From: Pelomyxa schiedti
Taxonomy: Eukaryota > Protista > Evosea
Assembly (NCBI GenBank): GCA_020536535.1
Contig: JAHLWZ010000113.1
Coordinates: 66,548 to 130,547, forward strand
Direction of reading: 5' to 3'
Length of the DNA stretch: 64,000 bases
Shown: piece after piece, positions 60,801 through 64,000 of the stretch
How positions within the stretch are numbered: position 1 is the first letter of the stretch
Layout: the number at the start of each line of letters is the position of its first letter
Program-made: the position numbers and the translations under genes
Notes under the pieces: model-generated
The model's input: the letters and a program-made list of their open reading frames with translations, nothing else
Database searches by the model: none
What the model was told of the DNA's origin: nothing

Positions 60801-62256
60801 GAATTTCTAAAAGGATTCGAATCCCACTCCGCAGAAGACTTACAACGAACTGTACTTATCAGATGGAGTGGCAGTGATGCAGTCGACATGGGTGGTGTCA
60901 GTAAGGTACCTATGGATCATCAAAGTTTCATGCAATCACAACATTTTTATATTAGGCAGTTCTGTGCGACTTTGCAAAGAAGACCCGCAGGGAGCAGCAC
61001 TACCTTGCTTTTCGTGGAGATAGGGAGATTGCTTATATAAGCCTAGCTGCCCTTGGTGACAGTGACTCAAAAACTTACTTCCGTGCTCTTGGGAAGCTCG
61101 CAGGTTTAAACTCAGATTTTGTTCTATCCTTATTTACAGTGCCTCAAGGATTTTCCTTGCTGCATATTTCTGAAGGATTTGTTCTTCCACTACGGCTTTC
61201 GTCTGCTTTTTTCAGTGTCCTTCTTGGTCTACCTCTCACATTTCGCGACTTGGAAGAAATGGACCAGGCACTCATGAATGGCCTCCGCCGACTTTATGAG
61301 TAATATTCGGCAATGGTCTTTAACTAAGGGAACTAATTCCCCCTAAGGAGCACACCAGAAGGAATAGTGGCTGCAGACCAAAGATTTGAACTTGATACAG
61401 AATTTACTTTTTTCGCTCCTATAGAGCTCAAACCAAATGGGTCAAGTAAGCACGCCAGGGTTGTGAGCCAACCATTTCTGACAAGCCTCTCAAGATATTG
61501 AAGTAACAGAAAACAATGCCGAGGAGTTCATAGAATTAGTTCTCAAATTATATCTTGGTTCCCATGCTAAGATGCAAGAGATGCTCAGGAACTTCGCAGA
61601 AGGTAAACCTCTTTGGAATATAGTGTTAGTAGACTCATTTCCCAAGGCTTTTCTGAGCTTATTCCTTCTGGCTTGCTTGGTATTTTTACCCCCAAAGAGG
61701 TGCAAAGACTTGTATGTGGAGATGATTTTCCTGACCCGCGGGACTTGTTCAGCAACCTATTATGGTCAGTTCGTTTTTCTTTACCTTTCCGAATATGTCC
61801 GGCTAACTCCAAATTAGGACCTGTGATGGAGCTGTGCTTGACCTTGGTGAAAGCCCACGAAAGTTCTCAAAGGGCACTCTCAGAGACCCGGGATCAAACC
61901 ACCAGCACATCTACCAGTGGCTTGAGATACTTCTACTAACAGTGTTCTCCCGAGAACAACTGGCATTATTTTCGCGCTTCTTGACTGGCTGCGATGTGCC
62001 TCCAGTTGGAGGATACAGCAGTCTTTTTGATAAACCTGTGACCATTCATTTTGTGGTAATTTTCTGTTCCTTTTATTTAAATTCCTCCAACCAACTATCA
62101 CCACAACTCCCCAATTAGGCCACCAGGGGAGAACAATATCCAGTTGCTCATGTGTGCTCCAACACTCTGGACTTGAGTTCCAACTACAGCTCTCAGGAAA
62201 AACTCCAAGAACACATCTTGGAGGCCATAGCCACCCAAGGGTTCCAACTCAGGTAA
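57883..62256 (+). CDS. HECT E3 ubiquitin ligase with five MIB/HERC2 domains
   Basis: Repeats GxRVxRGPxWxW...G...V.W..G...YRWG; HECT motifs AVDMGGV, ELKPNG, FSRFLTGC, catalytic PVAHVCSNTLDL and terminal GFQLR*. The MGNAIG start is a possible myristoylation site. Confidence 0.9.
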
Positions 62257-62392
62257 CTGACCAGAATGACGAGCAATTGTACAACTAGGGAACCTTGTTT
62301 CAATGCAAGGCCTCACGCGCTTTTAGCGTTCAAACGTCTTTTCAAAAGATTGCTGAACGCAAAAAAAAAAAAAACTAATAACCAACACCAAA

Positions 62393-63307
62393 ATGCAACA
62401 CCGAGTGTCAATTTACCGTAGACTGCTTTTGGCTGGGCAGCACCTCAACCGCACTGGCTACTACGTAGACGTGAAGGCCTACACATACGCAACCGGGCAC
62501 TGGCGGTGCGAAATCAGCCCCTTTGTGTTCCCTTCACAGCCAGAGAACCCGGGAGAGGACGCGGACGCGGACAAGGGAGAACACCTGCTGATGTACAGCA
62601 GCGCCCAGAGGGAGCGCCTGTTCGACGGCGTCGACGCGTCCTCCATGACTCCGGCGCAGATAGCGGGTGCCATGCTGGGCCAGCATGCGCCCGGGGGCTC
62701 CCGCATGGAGGAAAGCCGCTGGGCCAGGCCCACTGCCCGCGTGCTCAGGTGGATGTGGTGGTATGACTGCGTGCTGGAGGCCACCGCGCCGAACGGGGTG
62801 TACTCGGAGTTTGACGACTACAGCGGGTTCACGGTGTGCTTCGGCCCTCCTGATGTGGAGACGGAGAGGAGCAAGCTCGCTGTGTCGTTTGAGGAGGCGG
62901 AGGGGTACAGGACTGGCCACGGGGGGACTGTCCTGCACCCTTTCATACTGGACCCCGGGACAATTCCGGGCCATGTGGCATCCAGGTCTGCTGCTGTCTA
63001 TGCACTGGTTAAGGATGGCAGGTGGGCCCAAGTTGTGGAGCAGGTTAGGCTGTGCCCCGACTTGGTTCAGTACCCACTGCTGCCCAATGGGGCGGATTGG
63101 TCTCTGGGATACTGCATTCTGCACTACGCCGCTGATGCGGCTGAGGGTGTTGTGCCTGTGAATTGTGCTAGGGAGCTGGTGGAACTTGGGGCAAGTGTTC
63201 ATAAGAGGTGCGCTGATGGAACGCCCGTGGAGATAGCAAGAAAGAGAGGCAACACGGGGCTCCTCCCCTTCTTCATGGACAAGTGTTTTCAATCACTCAA
63301 CTTGTAA
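62393..63307 (+). CDS. Intronless protein: uncharacterised N-terminal domain + ankyrin-like C-terminal domain
   Basis: Single 304-aa ORF with GYCILHYAA...LVELGASVHKR..GTPVEIARKRGN ankyrin pattern; GC-rich. Confidence 0.75.
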   Translation: MQHRVSIYRRLLLAGQHLNRTGYYVDVKAYTYATGHWRCEISPFVFPSQPENPGEDADADKGEHLLMYSSAQRERLFDGVDASSMTPAQIAGAMLGQHAPGGSRMEESRWARPTARVLRWMWWYDCVLEATAPNGVYSEFDDYSGFTVCFGPPDVETERSKLAVSFEEAEGYRTGHGGTVLHPFILDPGTIPGHVASRSAAVYALVKDGRWAQVVEQVRLCPDLVQYPLLPNGADWSLGYCILHYAADAAEGVVPVNCARELVELGASVHKRCADGTPVEIARKRGNTGLLPFFMDKCFQSLNL

Positions 63308-64000
63308 CCACCTATCATACTTGGGAAAATAAATAAACACCAAACTACCCAGGACAAAGATTCTGTAGTCTGGGTGAAAAATGCCAACAAAAATTTGATG
63401 GCTTTGTATTGGCCTGACGATTCAAGTTCAGCAGAGGGTGTTGGGTTTGAAAGCCAGTTTCTCTGAAATCTGTCCGTTTTTGGTTGTTGGCACCATTTGG
63501 GGTTGCTCCCTTAGAAAAGAACAGAAGAAAATAAATAGAACTTGATCTCTTAATTTAACCACAGGTGGCATGCGCAGCTCCGCGCACTCCCTGCAGGTTG
63601 ACAACTGTGCCCCCCAGGCATGCAGTGGGGTCTGTGGGCGGTGTGAGGTGAAAAGTCCGCCACCTAAAACAAATGTATGTGAGATGCGGAAAAAGAGAAA
63701 AGAGGCCACATACCAGTATCACAAGGTGCCAGAAATACAGAAATACACTGTGGTGTGCAACGCTGGGAGCCTGGGTACCAACGCAACCTATCATGGTTGA
63801 GTGGGGTTATGATACAAAGGGAGGGGGATTTACCTTGGTGACAAGCTGTCATCTCAGGCTCTCCTGTGCTTGCCACCTTATCCAGAGGAGGTGACCTAAG
63901 GGTAGATGAGAAGGAGAACTGTGGGTTAAAGGACAACTTGCCTATATCAGCAGCCAACTACAACGGGTAACATCTATCGTGCCATCATCTGCTGTTCCAA

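Noticed and set aside
11147-62256. Alternative genetic code or stop readthrough to explain the fragmented ORFs
   Set aside because: The stops I examined fall within short introns, and splicing restores the frames under the standard code.
19104-62256. STAT, TRAF-like ligase, HECT ligase and PINK1-like kinase as one clustered immune pathway
   Set aside because: They are interspersed with unrelated housekeeping genes over 60 kb, so co-location is probably chance.
63360-64000. Minus-strand exon-like fragments at the window end
   Set aside because: No recognisable motif, and the frame cannot be fixed from this window.
1-64000. CRISPR arrays, rRNA/tRNA genes, intact transposase or reverse transcriptase
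   Set aside because: None recognised by eye; the repeats present are coding microsatellites or protein repeats.

Overview
This is eukaryotic, gene-dense DNA with many short (~40-90 nt) introns and GC-rich first exons. It contains two 100-N assembly gaps. The gene content (Dictyostelium-type STAT, CDK20-like kinase, GH162, bacterial-type enzymes) suggests an amoebozoan protist, possibly a Pelomyxa-like archamoeba; this is inference only. Most ORF-track entries are exon fragments or antisense shadows, and I can reconstruct about 25 genes. The most unusual region is a tandem array at 1.5-8.3 kb of AIG1/MMR_HSR1-like P-loop GTPase paralogues that carry different C-terminal modules. One is an intronless GTPase fused to a PINK1-like kinase, and another has a coiled coil plus a small beta domain. 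Other notable loci are a RING-TRAF zinc finger-pentapeptide-3xSPRY E3 ligase, a roughly 900-aa aromatic beta-hairpin repeat protein, a degenerate Rab-like pseudo-GTPase, and a head-to-head pectin acetylesterase / GH78 rhamnosidase pair. There are also several lateral-transfer candidates. All family assignments come from motif recognition by eye, and exon boundaries are approximate.
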